DNA of 64,000 nucleotides from Monocercomonoides exilis PA203. Its lineage: Eukaryota > Protista > Preaxostyla. Below, piece after piece: positions 39,001-49,238 of this stretch. Every line of letters begins with the position of its first letter. Within the stretch, counting starts at the first letter, position 1. The position numbers were made by a program, and so were the translations under genes. The DNA is taken from contig LSRY02000037.1 in NCBI GenBank assembly GCA_001643675.2, positions 930,001-994,000 on the forward strand, given 5' to 3'. A model generated the notes under the pieces. The model did no database searches. It was not told the origin of the DNA and was given only the letters and a program-made list of their open reading frames with translations.

Positions 39001-39422
39001 CCTGCATCTCCTGCATCTCCTTCATTTCTTCCCTCTGCCCTGCCAGCTGCCAGCGCTGCTCCTCCACAGCCTGTCTGAGCGGCTCGTTTGTGAGGAACCC
39101 TTGCAGCGCCATCCCCTCCTCCACATCGAAGATGTCGTGCAGCTTGTTCTCCTTCATCTGCGACTGCACCAGCGCCTTCGCACAGTTGATCGTGTCTTCA
39201 TCATACGCCAGGCACACAAGAGCAGAGATGCACTCAGAAGGGCAGGGAAGGAACTGGCACAGAATGTGCAGCGACTCTTCAGCCAGCTTCGCTTCTGCAT
39301 CGCCTTTCAGCCCGCACTGGCTGACAAGCACAGCAAGCGCTGCAGCAGGTGACACTTTTGTTTGCATTGACGCGCTTCCAGAGGGGTTTCTGAAGCCTCT
39401 TTCATTCATCATACCTTTCCTC

Positions 39423-39458
<36 letters not shown>

Positions 39459-40490
39459 CTCTCTCTTTTGCTCTGCTGCTTGAATGCTGCCAGCCCTTCC
39501 ATCAGATTCTGAATGACAGGCGAGTCTGCTGCGATCTTCCGCATAGCATCGCTGCTGATTGTGAGTGGCTTCTGCAAAACGCCTCGGCATTTCAAGTCGC
39601 CCGGCTGCTGAACAGGCAAAGTTGTTTCTGCAACCTCGTCCATGTTCTTGATGCTGGTGATGGCTGAATCAGAGGAAGAAGAAGAAGAAGAAGAAGAAGA
39701 AGCAGATGCAAAAGCAGAGGCAGCGAAGGCAGAGCGGGAGGCAGGGATGTACAAAGTGTTGAGAGAGCGGCAGAAAGTGGCGAAGAAGTCAAGACCGAGG
39801 CGGCAGATGTGCGGTTTGGGGCTGCCGATCAAGCGGAGAGTGAGGAAGAAGACAGCTTCTTCCACTTGGGAGCAGATGTCACGCGTGGAGAGCTGGTTTT
39901 AGGAAAATAAAATTTGAGGAAAGAAAGAGAGGGAAAAAAGAAGAAGAAAAGGAGGAAGAGGAGGAGGAAGAGGAAGAGGAAGAGGAAGAGGAAGAGGAAG
40001 AGGAAGAGGAAGAGGAAGAGGAAGAGGAAGAGGAAGAGGAAGAGGAAGAGGAAGAGGAAGAGGAAGAGGAAGAGGAAGAGGAAGAGGAAGAGGAAGAGGA
40101 AGAGGAAGAGGAAGAGGAAGAGGAAGAGGAAGAGGAAGAGGAAGAGGAAGAGGAAGAGGAAGAGGAAGAGGAAGAGGAAGAGGAAGAGGAAGAGGAAGAG
40201 GAAGAGGAAGAGGAAGAGGAAGAGGAAGAGGAAGAGGAAGAGGAAGAGGAAGAGGAAGAGGAAGAGGAAGAGGAAGAGGAAGAGGAAGAGGAAGAGGAAG
40301 AGGAAGAGGAAGAGGAAGAGGAAGAGGAAGAGGAAGAGGAAGAGGAAGAGGAAGAGGAAGAGGAAGAGGAAGAGGAAGAGGAAGAGGAAGAGGAAGAGAA
40401 AGGAGGTTAAAGAATAATGTGATTGGAAAAGCAGAAATTGTTAGGAAAGAGATAGATAGAGAGATAGATAAAATGGAAATATACATATAT

Positions 40491-40525
<35 letters not shown>

Positions 40526-40623
40526 AGAGAAAAAAAAATGTGGTGCAAAGGAAAATTATTTGCAGCAGATGGGAATAAAAAAAAGGATGAGAGCAATGGC
40601 ATGCAATTTCACAGTGTTTCAAA

Positions 40624-40677
<54 letters not shown>

Positions 40678-41748
40678 GGATAATCAAAATTCATCGAAAA
40701 AAAGGCAAACAGAACTCAAATTGTGCACGCAGTGTTCAACAGCCAGGACCATTTTGGGGATCCTGCCGATGCGATTGGGCGCGACTGCATCCACATTGAC
40801 GACGTTCTTCATCACACGCAGCAACGTTGCGGTTGAGTCGCGGATGTCTCCAGCAGCTTTCTGCAGTAGAAATGTCGATGCCTAAAATCATTGAAAAAAA
40901 ATAGACAGATGTTTCATGGGTTAAATGTTTGTATTTTGGAGGGGGGGGAAAAATACACAAACAAATGCAATTGGCTTTAGTAATGCAAGAAATCGGTCGA
41001 TGTCAATTAAAAAGCCATCGTGAAGAACAGCATTCATTGATAAAGCATCGATTCGTTTACGTAAAACTGGAAATATTTTCATTTTTATCGCTTTTTTAAC
41101 AATCCTCAGATGGGTTTCTATCCCTTTTGTTTCCAGTGCAAGAGGAGAAAATAAGTTTTTCGCATTTCGTTTGTGAAATTTTGGTTTTTCATCTTTTGCA
41201 GCTGGAGCAATTAATTTTTTCTGATTCAATGGGAAAAGTTTTGCAAAAACAAAAATGGCTTCTTCTATATCTTCACGTCTGAGAATAACATTTGAAAGAA
41301 ATTTGACGCAAGTCGTCAAAAATTTTTGAGAAATCTGATAAGCATAATGAGACATATGTCTTTTAAAAAAACTCCGACAATAAAATCCTTACAAGAAAAA
41401 TATTCATTAATGCAAACCTTTTTTTATGAAAAAATTGAATTCCGAATTTCAATGTATTCAGAACTGAATTAATGATATCCTTTCTTGCCATTAAAAGATC
41501 ATCGATTTCAGGTTCTAAGATTAATTTCGTGAGTCCTAAAAATGCGTTTGAAAAGTCTTCAGCAGTTTCTATCGTTTGTAACATATGATTTAGATTTTCG
41601 ATATGACGATGCATGTTTTCCACTTCAGTGAAAAGAAAAGGTTTCGCTGAAAAAAAATGGAAGCATATGAATTTGAATAAATACAGAAAATATAAATTAA
41701 ACGTTGAAGTTGTAATAAGGCTTTGATTTGTTCCTTTTCTTGAGCCAT
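24009..41748 (-). CDS. Giant ubiquitin-specific protease (peptidase C19, USP9X/USP24/USP34-like), ~5,500 aa, multi-exon
   Basis: Catalytic domain ~30130-31650: Cys box GIENPGSLCYM, QQDGVEF, Zn ribbon CPLGH…CAHC, HLKRFQFD, His box GVICHAGTGGGGHYYS, WLLFNDD. UBL-like segment ~35170-35385, WRYRFIDSGGL and N-terminal KFHKRN. Exons: ATG 41748 (MAQEKEQ), AT-rich 5' exons (one boundary unresolved), 40711-40881, then 39892 downward. Introns 40882-40962 and 39893-40710. Frame change near 38950-39000. Confidence 0.9.
39964..40395. repeat. (GAGGAA)72 perfect hexamer array inside a USP intron
   Basis: 432 bp of uninterrupted GAGGAA. The same intron holds (GA)n near 40495-40520 and A50 at 40626-40675. 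Confidence 0.97.
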
Positions 41749-41798
41749 TTCACAAAAGACAACAAATAAGAAATTAACCATAATTTTTTAAATTTTCT

Positions 41799-41881
41799 GA
41801 AACAAGTTATCTTTTTTGAAAAACTTTCGATTTTTTCCAAATTCATTCTGCTTCTATATAATAATAAGTCAAACGTTATTA

Positions 41882-41922
<41 letters not shown>

Positions 41923-41989
41923 ATTATTGAATTATAAAAATTCTAAAATGATGTGTGGAACAAAAAATTTTATTTCAAAATATTGTTCC
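41799..41989 (+). mobile_element. Degenerate MITE family A copy with internal (TA)n expansion, ~50 bp upstream of the USP ATG
   Basis: TGTGGAACAAAA…TTGTTCC right end and TTTGAAAAA…TTCCAAA left part align with family A. TSD not preserved. Confidence 0.55.
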
Positions 41990-42073
41990 ACATAAATAAA
42001 TTAAGATAACTCAAAAAACAAAAGAGATGATATAAAAAGAAATCAATAATCAAAAAATCAATAAATTCAACGA

Positions 42074-42919
42074 TCACTTTAAGGTTAAACAAGGGAATTG
42101 AACTATTCCACAATGTGAGTGATCGGATGCCTCGATGTTATTCACATATATTTCTTCTGGGGTGGGAAGAAGATAGATGCACAGAGGAATGGCCACACTT
42201 GTGTTTCCATTGTTGTATCCTCTCACCTTCTCAAGAGAATCCAAAGAGGCTGTCACACATGTGATTTTTTCTGATTTTACAGTTCCTTCCAAATCTGGTG
42301 AAATGACAAAAATATCTCTTCCCCATTTGGCTATGTTTGTTCCAAAAAAAGAGGATATCAGGAAATCTGGATTTTCATTCAACAATCGAAGAAGGATTCC
42401 TCCCCCAAGACCATTGGATGTTGAGCAACAGCACCCATCAAAATTCCCGCCTTCAACTTTCACTTCATTTCCATTCCCAATGCACAACGTCATTGATCCT
42501 CCATTTTCTGATAATGTGCTTCCACATTTCAAAAATGTACATGAATCCAGATCGATATTTGCCTTGTCATTCGAAAACGATATCATTGCTGCTCCGCTCG
42601 TTGTTCTTTCCATCCCATCAAAGTTACATTCAGAAATTGTCAATGAAATTTCATTTGTCGAAGAAAGTAAAAACAATGAATTTGTGGAAAACGTCTTTGC
42701 CCAGTTCACATTTTCCATCTGAAACATCCCATTCTGGACATTTATCAGCTCTGTGGAAAACGAAGTTTCTGTTGAATGCACACTTCCTGAAAATATGTTC
42801 ATTCTGTTTATACTCAGTTCTTCTGTTCCAGTAATCTCCATAATTCTCGAATCACGTTTATTCGGTTGTATTGAGTCATACGTAAGAGCAACACTGCTTA
42901 ACGATAATGCGCCTGCCAA
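42074..42919 (-). pseudogene. Internal fragment of the large surface-protein family
   Basis: 281-codon ORF with CGSTLSENGGS, GLGGGI, WGRDIFV, IPLCIYL and DHSHCGIVQFPCLT motifs like the 1-4529 gene. No signal peptide; stops abruptly after a repeat start. Confidence 0.7.
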
Positions 42920-43655
42920 GACAGAAAAATGAAAAATCAGTCTTAAATTTTATTTGCTCGATTCTGCTTTTGAAACTTTTCCTTAAACAAAATTAAAAAT
43001 TTGCTCCATGACGAATGAAAAGGTATCCTTATATTAACGTTAATGCTTGTGTGCCCGTCAATATAATTCTGACATTTTAACAAACATTTCGATTCGCACT
43101 AACATGAATATTATTCACTGTTAAAAACACAACAATTTGAAAATATCCAAAAACAAACTTTGATATACGATTGACTCAAATCATTACGAATATATGTAAT
43201 GCATGGAGAATTAGTAGCACAGAAGTATTTTGTGGGAATTATGAGAAAGAGCATTTGCTTTTCAAACAAAACATTTTTGTCAACATTCAAAAGCATTATT
43301 TACACGTAAAATAATGCATTTTATTGTTTCATCCATTTCCAGTCAACTTATATATTCAATTGGCAACAAGATATTCATGAAAAAAAGGCAAAAAGAAATA
43401 AATTGTAGAAAATAAAACGATTGTGGATGCTTTATTGATCATTAAACCATATTAGTATGTTTGATCTTTTGGATCAATCGAATCAACTTCAAAAAGACGA
43501 CATAATTGGAAAACAACTTTTTTTATTGCTTAGCCATCTAATCAGAACTGCAGGGATATAGAGATAATGAGTTTTCAAAGAGAAATACAAAAAGAAGATT
43601 TGAAAAAACGAAATACGATCCAACAATCAAAGATAAGGAAGGAAGGACCGAGGCA

Positions 43656-44777
43656 ATGAATTGGATCATAAAAAACAGAACAGATCCTCCAGCACATATG
43701 ATGCACGATATAACACTTGGAGATAAAGATGGATCAACAATGGCGATGCTCTGGATTCAATTTATTCAAACAGAACCACCAGAGGGGATAAGACATGATA
43801 TCGCACTTTCTCTGAAAGATGGTTGGACAATGGCGATAAAGTGGATTCAAAATGTGAATACAGAACCTCCAGAATGGATGAGACACGATAATACCATTTG
43901 TGATAATAATGGGTGGACGATGTACATGTTGTGGATTCAATTTGTGAAAACTGAACCACCAGAATGGATGATTTATGATAATTCACTGAATGATGAAAAT
44001 GGAAGGACAAAGGCCATGACATGGATTATTGATGAGAAAGCAGAACCACCACTTTGGATGAGACATATTGCCACGCTTGTTGACAATGATGGTCGGACAA
44101 TGGCTATGATATGGGTTGAGCATGTAAAGACAGACCCACCAGAATGGATGCGACACGACATTTCACTTTCTGATAATAATGGAATAACATTGGCCATGCT
44201 GTGGATAGAAAATGTGAAGATAGAGCCTCCAGTTCGGATGAGACATGATGCAACTCTTTCTGATAAGGATGGTCAGACAAGTGCAATGTATTGGATTAAA
44301 TATGTGAAAACGGAACCACCGGTATGTATGAGACATGACGTTACAGTAAAAAATAAGGATGGATATACAATGGCCATGTTATGGATTCAATTTGTTCATA
44401 CTGAGCCACCAGAATGGATGAGATGCGATATGACACTTGGCAAAGGAAAATACGGAACAATGGCAATGATATGGATAAAAGAAATCAAAACTGAACCCCC
44501 AGAATGGATGAGACATAATAATACTCTTGCTCAAAAAGATAGATATACAATGGCTATGTTGTGGATTCAATTTGTTCATACAGAACCACCAGAGTGGATG
44601 AGGCACGGCATTACATTACGCAACAATTATGGATCAACTATGGCCATGCTGTGGATACGTGACGTGAAGACAGAACCACCAGAATGGATGGATAACAGCA
44701 CAATGCTTTCTGCTAAGGATAGATGGATGCAGGCAATTAAGTATATTTATAAAGCGAAGACTGATAATTCCACATGA
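43656..44777 (+). CDS. Orphan tandem-repeat protein: 12 full plus 1 partial 30-aa repeats (ankyrin-like hairpin)
   Basis: Consensus DxDGxTMAMxWIxxVxTEPPEWMRHDxTLx with an exact 90-bp period. Copies differ at synonymous sites. The frame stays open ~100 nt upstream (KYDPTIKDKEGRTEA), so the true start or an upstream exon is uncertain. Confidence 0.85.
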   Translation: MNWIIKNRTDPPAHMMHDITLGDKDGSTMAMLWIQFIQTEPPEGIRHDIALSLKDGWTMAIKWIQNVNTEPPEWMRHDNTICDNNGWTMYMLWIQFVKTEPPEWMIYDNSLNDENGRTKAMTWIIDEKAEPPLWMRHIATLVDNDGRTMAMIWVEHVKTDPPEWMRHDISLSDNNGITLAMLWIENVKIEPPVRMRHDATLSDKDGQTSAMYWIKYVKTEPPVCMRHDVTVKNKDGYTMAMLWIQFVHTEPPEWMRCDMTLGKGKYGTMAMIWIKEIKTEPPEWMRHNNTLAQKDRYTMAMLWIQFVHTEPPEWMRHGITLRNNYGSTMAMLWIRDVKTEPPEWMDNSTMLSAKDRWMQAIKYIYKAKTDNST

Positions 44778-45170
44778 GTATTTGATTCATTTGCAATAAG
44801 GATATAATATTCGAATCATTGAATGATTCAACGGATTGACTGGCTTCTCTTCAAAGGCAATTTATCTTCGTATTGAAATGAATTGCTTTTCATTCTTTCT
44901 TTGAAGTCACTTTTTCTCTTTCAACAAGCATTTGAACATTCTTCAAGCAAACTTCATTTCTATCTCCTTTCTATTTGATTTTGATTATTTTTTTTTTTTT
45001 ATTCATTTTATTGTACTAATTTAAGCGATTCATGTCATTCCTTCTTTTTTTTCAATTTTTTATTTGAAAAATTTCATTTAACAAATTTTATTTGATAAAC
45101 TCATTTGATTGTTAATAAATATATGTTTTTGATGCACGACACAGAAAAAAAAGTGTCATGGAAAAAAATA

Positions 45171-45849
45171 CATGGGGGAAAATATGGGACAGAATTCTTT
45201 AATTTGTGAAAAATTCAAAGATTTGTTCCAAACTTTTTCTGCAATCGAATGATTATTATTCTAATATTATCGTGCAATATAAAATATAAAAATATAAAAA
45301 ATTGAAAAAAATCTTAGAAAGAACTGTGTGGAACAAAATTCTTAATACAAAAAAATTTGTCCCATATAAACTTTCCAGCTTATTTTGAACAAAGCTGTTA
45401 AATATTGTTTCACTCATTTGTTCATTAAACATCAAATAATTTTAAAATCAATTGAATTTTCACGTTTGCATTCTTGCTTTATTGATATGACAGCATATTT
45501 TTTTGTTACAGAATTTTTATTTGAATTAATGAACACGTTTTGTCCATATTTTTTGATCATAAAAAAAGTTCATCCACTCGGAAAAATATTGCACTTCAGG
45601 CATTTTCATTGAAAATTTTTGCACCTCTGAAAATCATTTTGTGTTCAAAAAATTTGAAATAAATGTTTTCATTTGTTCCCATTCATGGAATGTCACAAAA
45701 CATTTTGTAATAACATCGTAATGTTTGTTTACTGATATGAAAATTCAATATTTATTGAAATCTTAAAAAGTTTAAAAATGTTATAAGTGAATCCATTTTT
45801 TTCATGCTTTGTGCATAAAAAGCTTGAAAGTCCATATTTTCCTCCCATG
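45171..45849. mobile_element. Non-autonomous TIR element C, with its left TIR interrupted by MITE A
   Basis: Removing MITE A rebuilds CATGGGGGAAAATATAAACTTTCCAGCTTATTTTGAACAAAGC, which matches the right-end reverse complement CATGGGAGGAAAATATGGACTTTCAAGCTTTTTATGCACAAAGC. TA on the left. Confidence 0.7.
45186..45363 (+). mobile_element. MITE family A copy (TSD ATAT)
   Basis: GGGACAGAATT…AATTTGTCCC with ATAT on both sides. Confidence 0.8.
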
Positions 45850-46053
45850 TTTAAAAAAACTTTTTTGGTTTTTGTTCATTCACAATGATATCTTTGTATT
45901 TTTATGGGTATTATTGAAACGAACGTTGAACATGTGAGAAATTATTATTGAAATCATTCTTTTCAATGCAATAAATTGTGTTCGATAATTGCATAAAAAA
46001 AATATGCTCCATTTTTTAAGAAATAATTTTTAATTTCAGATCATTATTTTATA

Positions 46054-46309
46054 TGTGTGATTATTTTTGAAATCAGATTTTTTCGTTCAAAATTTTCGGT
46101 TCAAAAATTACCTTTGAGTATTTGGAAAAGATAACTATAATGTGAAAAGGCTATTGAAATAAATACTCATCTTTTGTTTACAAAAACATTTGTTTTCGGA
46201 ACAGATGAAATGAATTCAGCAATTTAATTCAAAATCTCTTCCCAATGACAAGCAACCTTAGAAAAATCAACAAATCGAAAAAAGATATGATTTCAAAAAT
46301 AATCACACA
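46054..46309 (+). mobile_element. MITE family B (~256 bp, TA TSD, Tc1/mariner-like)
   Basis: TIR TGTGTGATTATTTTTGAAATCA / TGATTTCAAAAATAATCACACA, flanked by TA. Confidence 0.8.
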
Positions 46310-46599
46310 TAAATTATTTTCAAACATTGACTTTTTCAACAATTTCAATGAATTTTTCAAATGAATGAATCAAAGTTTTCCGTCTTTTATGGATTTGTCA
46401 ATTATCTCCACATAGAAAAAAAGTTATGAAATTAATAATCATCACCAATATTGTTATATTTAATTTCTGGGTGATTTATTTTTGAAATCGGAAGTTTTCA
46501 GTTATAAATTTTTATATTTGGAAACATTAAAATAAAATTAAACAAAAACAAACACAAAAACGAAAAAAAAAAAAAATATTAATACAATTATTGATTATA

Positions 46600-46854
46600 A
46601 GGGTGATTATAAACGAAATCAATTATTTTTTCGGCGTGTATAATTTTTTAATTCACAGTTATTTACAAAAGGATTCTCAAAAAAGCGTGTTATGCTTTCA
46701 AATTATTGTATTTCATATATTTGTTGTCATAGAAAGACAAAGATGTGAATTTATTTTTTTTATAAAAACATTTGATTGATTCCAAAGTATTTGCGTCAAA
46801 ATTTTCATTCGTAAATTTTGATAAAAATAATTTAAAATCAAAAAGAATCACCCA
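46600..46854 (-). mobile_element. MITE family B copy
   Basis: AGGGTGATT…AATCACCCA ends, TA flanks, same length. The reverse complement shares the CGAAAAAA..TGATTTC subterminal sequence. Confidence 0.6.
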
Positions 46855-47015
46855 TATTAAGAAAAAGAATAATTTTTCTTTCAAAATTTTTGTTAAACAA
46901 ATTATAATAATGAGAAGTTGAAACTGGAGAGAAAAAATATTATTATAACCGAAAAGCATCTTCGAATTAAAAAAATAAAGAAAAGAAAAATTGCAATGAC
47001 AACAAGAAAAACGCT

Positions 47016-49036
47016 TTATTTAATGAATGCAATTATTTTTGAAAGTTCAACCTCCCTCAGCTCCATATGCCCCAGCACCATCCATGCATCCTCCTTACTG
47101 TACTCTTCGAATGGATCCAGATTGCACAGGACGCTTCCACTCAGAAGCATCGACTTGTGCTGTGTGGTTGCTACTGCATCTCGAAGCTCTTTGACGGTGA
47201 GCTGTGAGTTGATGTCTCGTCCATCAATCAGAATAGCACAGCCCTTCTTCAGCTGCTCCATCTCCACAATTCGAAGCAGAGCAAGCAGAAGAGTCTATTT
47301 TCCCGATCCTGTCCTCCCCATAATGCCCACTTTAGCACCACATGGGATCACAAACGAGACATCGTTCAGAACCAAAGGAAGGTTTGGACGATATCTCAAA
47401 TCAGCGTGATTGAACTCAATTCTGTATTTATGAGGCCAATTTAACAGTGAATGCGACAATAAAGAAGAAACATTTTAAGATTTAATTCCATTTCCATTCA
47501 TAGAATTCTCTTCTTTTTATTTTCTGCCTTTCTCTCTTTCTCTTTTCACTCTGTGTTGTTTGAATCTTCACCTTTTTCTTGATCTTTTATTTTCAACATA
47601 AACTGACAGTTTTCATCCTGTCATATTCTACTTTCATTGTTATCGTCACCCTTTCTTCTCTTTTCTTCTTATTCAGCTTATGCACTCTCTTATTTCTTCT
47701 GCGTTTAATTCATTTGTTCCTCCATTTTTCCATTTCCCTGATTTAAATTCTTTTCTTCCTTTCTTTCTGACTCCAAAAACTTTATTTTCTCTTTCCAAAA
47801 ATTTTCCAAAGTTCTTTCACACTTCATCCAATTCTGTTATTTCTCCAAAATTGCGAGTCTTGCTATTAAATTCAATAAAATAGCTGTTTCTATCAAACAA
47901 TTTTTGGAAGTGACGAAGAGGAATGATGAATCACATGAAAAAACTGAATGTGTTCTGAATGTGAATGCTCAGAAAGCTCATCAGCTTTGGTGAAAGAGTA
48001 GCTTCTACCAAACACTCTCAACAAATAAGCCAAACAAACTGCAATTTCTCTTTCAAGCTCGAGTCAAGCAATATCAGGCTATGTTTCATCCAAAGAAGAT
48101 GGCGGAAGTCATGAATATCATCATTGAATGTAATGCAAATAAGAATAATCTCATAAACTTCTGAATCTTTCGCGAAATGAAAAGAGGGCTTCTCTTTCAA
48201 TGGCATTCCTGTTTATAGTCATTCTGTATTCATTCAAAAAACGCCTTTAAAGAAAAATGAATGATAAAAAAATCAAACCATTTTTTTGTACTTGAAATAT
48301 TTTCCCATCTCCAATGGATTGGTAATTATCTTTCCAATTGGTTTTCTTGTTTTCCTAAATTGCCTTTCACCACAAAAAATCAGGCAACCAGACAATAAAT
48401 GGCTGGCGTAGAACGTTATTGAAAGCAGAAAATCCATTGTGAAGTTGGCTGTGATATCTGATGAAAACACATATTCTCCAAATTAACTCCTTTTCAAAAC
48501 CCAATTCAACGCCATTTCTTTGCTGATAGCTTTCCAACGGGTTTCGCGTAAATGGCAATGCGTTTGTTGTTAAGGCCTGCTGAGTGTTTTGTTCAACTCG
48601 TTTCCTCCATTGTTTAATCCCAAATTCCCTTTCCTTTTCCACAAAGAAAATCTTCTCCCCAATAAGCCCATGAAAAATAAGTCCTGCCCAAAAGATATGC
48701 CAAGAGTACTGCACTTTCCCTCGAAATGAACAAGCAATGCAATTCAATCTTTCAGAAACATTCTCCTCGCTTTTTCTGCATCTTGTTTGGGTTATTTCTC
48801 ATTCAAAATATTGCATCCTATATTGTACCATATGATTTGCAATATACAACCAAGTTCAAATTACATGCAATTTCCCCACAAATTAACTTTTCGCACACAA
48901 TCGATGCAAACAGCCACTTGCTCCTCCATCTGTTAACAAAATTATTGCCCTTCTGCAGTGCTATAACTCGCATGGATGCACCTCTGGCTGTGTGCATAAG
49001 CAGCTCAAACATGCTCAGGCTGCTGCAAATCACCAA
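47016..49036 (-). pseudogene. ABCC/MRP-type ABC transporter pseudogene (TMD2 remnants and truncated NBD2)
   Basis: WPHK..IEF..LRYRPNLPLVLNDVSF…KVGIMGRTGSGK*TLLLALLRIVE…ILIDGRDI…GSVLCNLDPF. TAG follows the Walker A Lys; truncated before the signature motif. Degraded TM-like pieces upstream. Confidence 0.8.
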
Positions 49037-49238
49037 TTAAAAATCATCATTTATTAAATTATAGGTTGGCCACCCTTATTTATTTGCTCAAAAAGGAGAT
49101 TTTTTAATCCAAAGATCTGCTTGTTTTAATGCAAATGACATCGACGTCACATGAAAATGTGTGAACTTCAGCGTTATTAGATATTTGATTTGGTGCTTTT
49201 AATTCTTTTTCTTTAAATATTAAGTGACACTTCTGAAA

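Noticed and set aside
24959-39902. Numerous overlapping ORFs within the USP gene
   Set aside because: Expected off-frame and antisense ORFs of GC-rich, low-complexity coding DNA.
39899-40486. ORFs reading (LP)n and (RK)n
   Set aside because: They are translations of the intronic GAGGAA array; the flanking exons splice in frame around it.
43656-44777. CRISPR-like array
   Set aside because: The 90-bp units vary at synonymous sites in one open frame, with no identical repeat and unique spacer pattern.
41799-45363. Composite transposon of two MITE A copies enclosing the repeat-protein gene
   Set aside because: The right copy has its own TSD and sits inside element C; there is no shared outer TSD.
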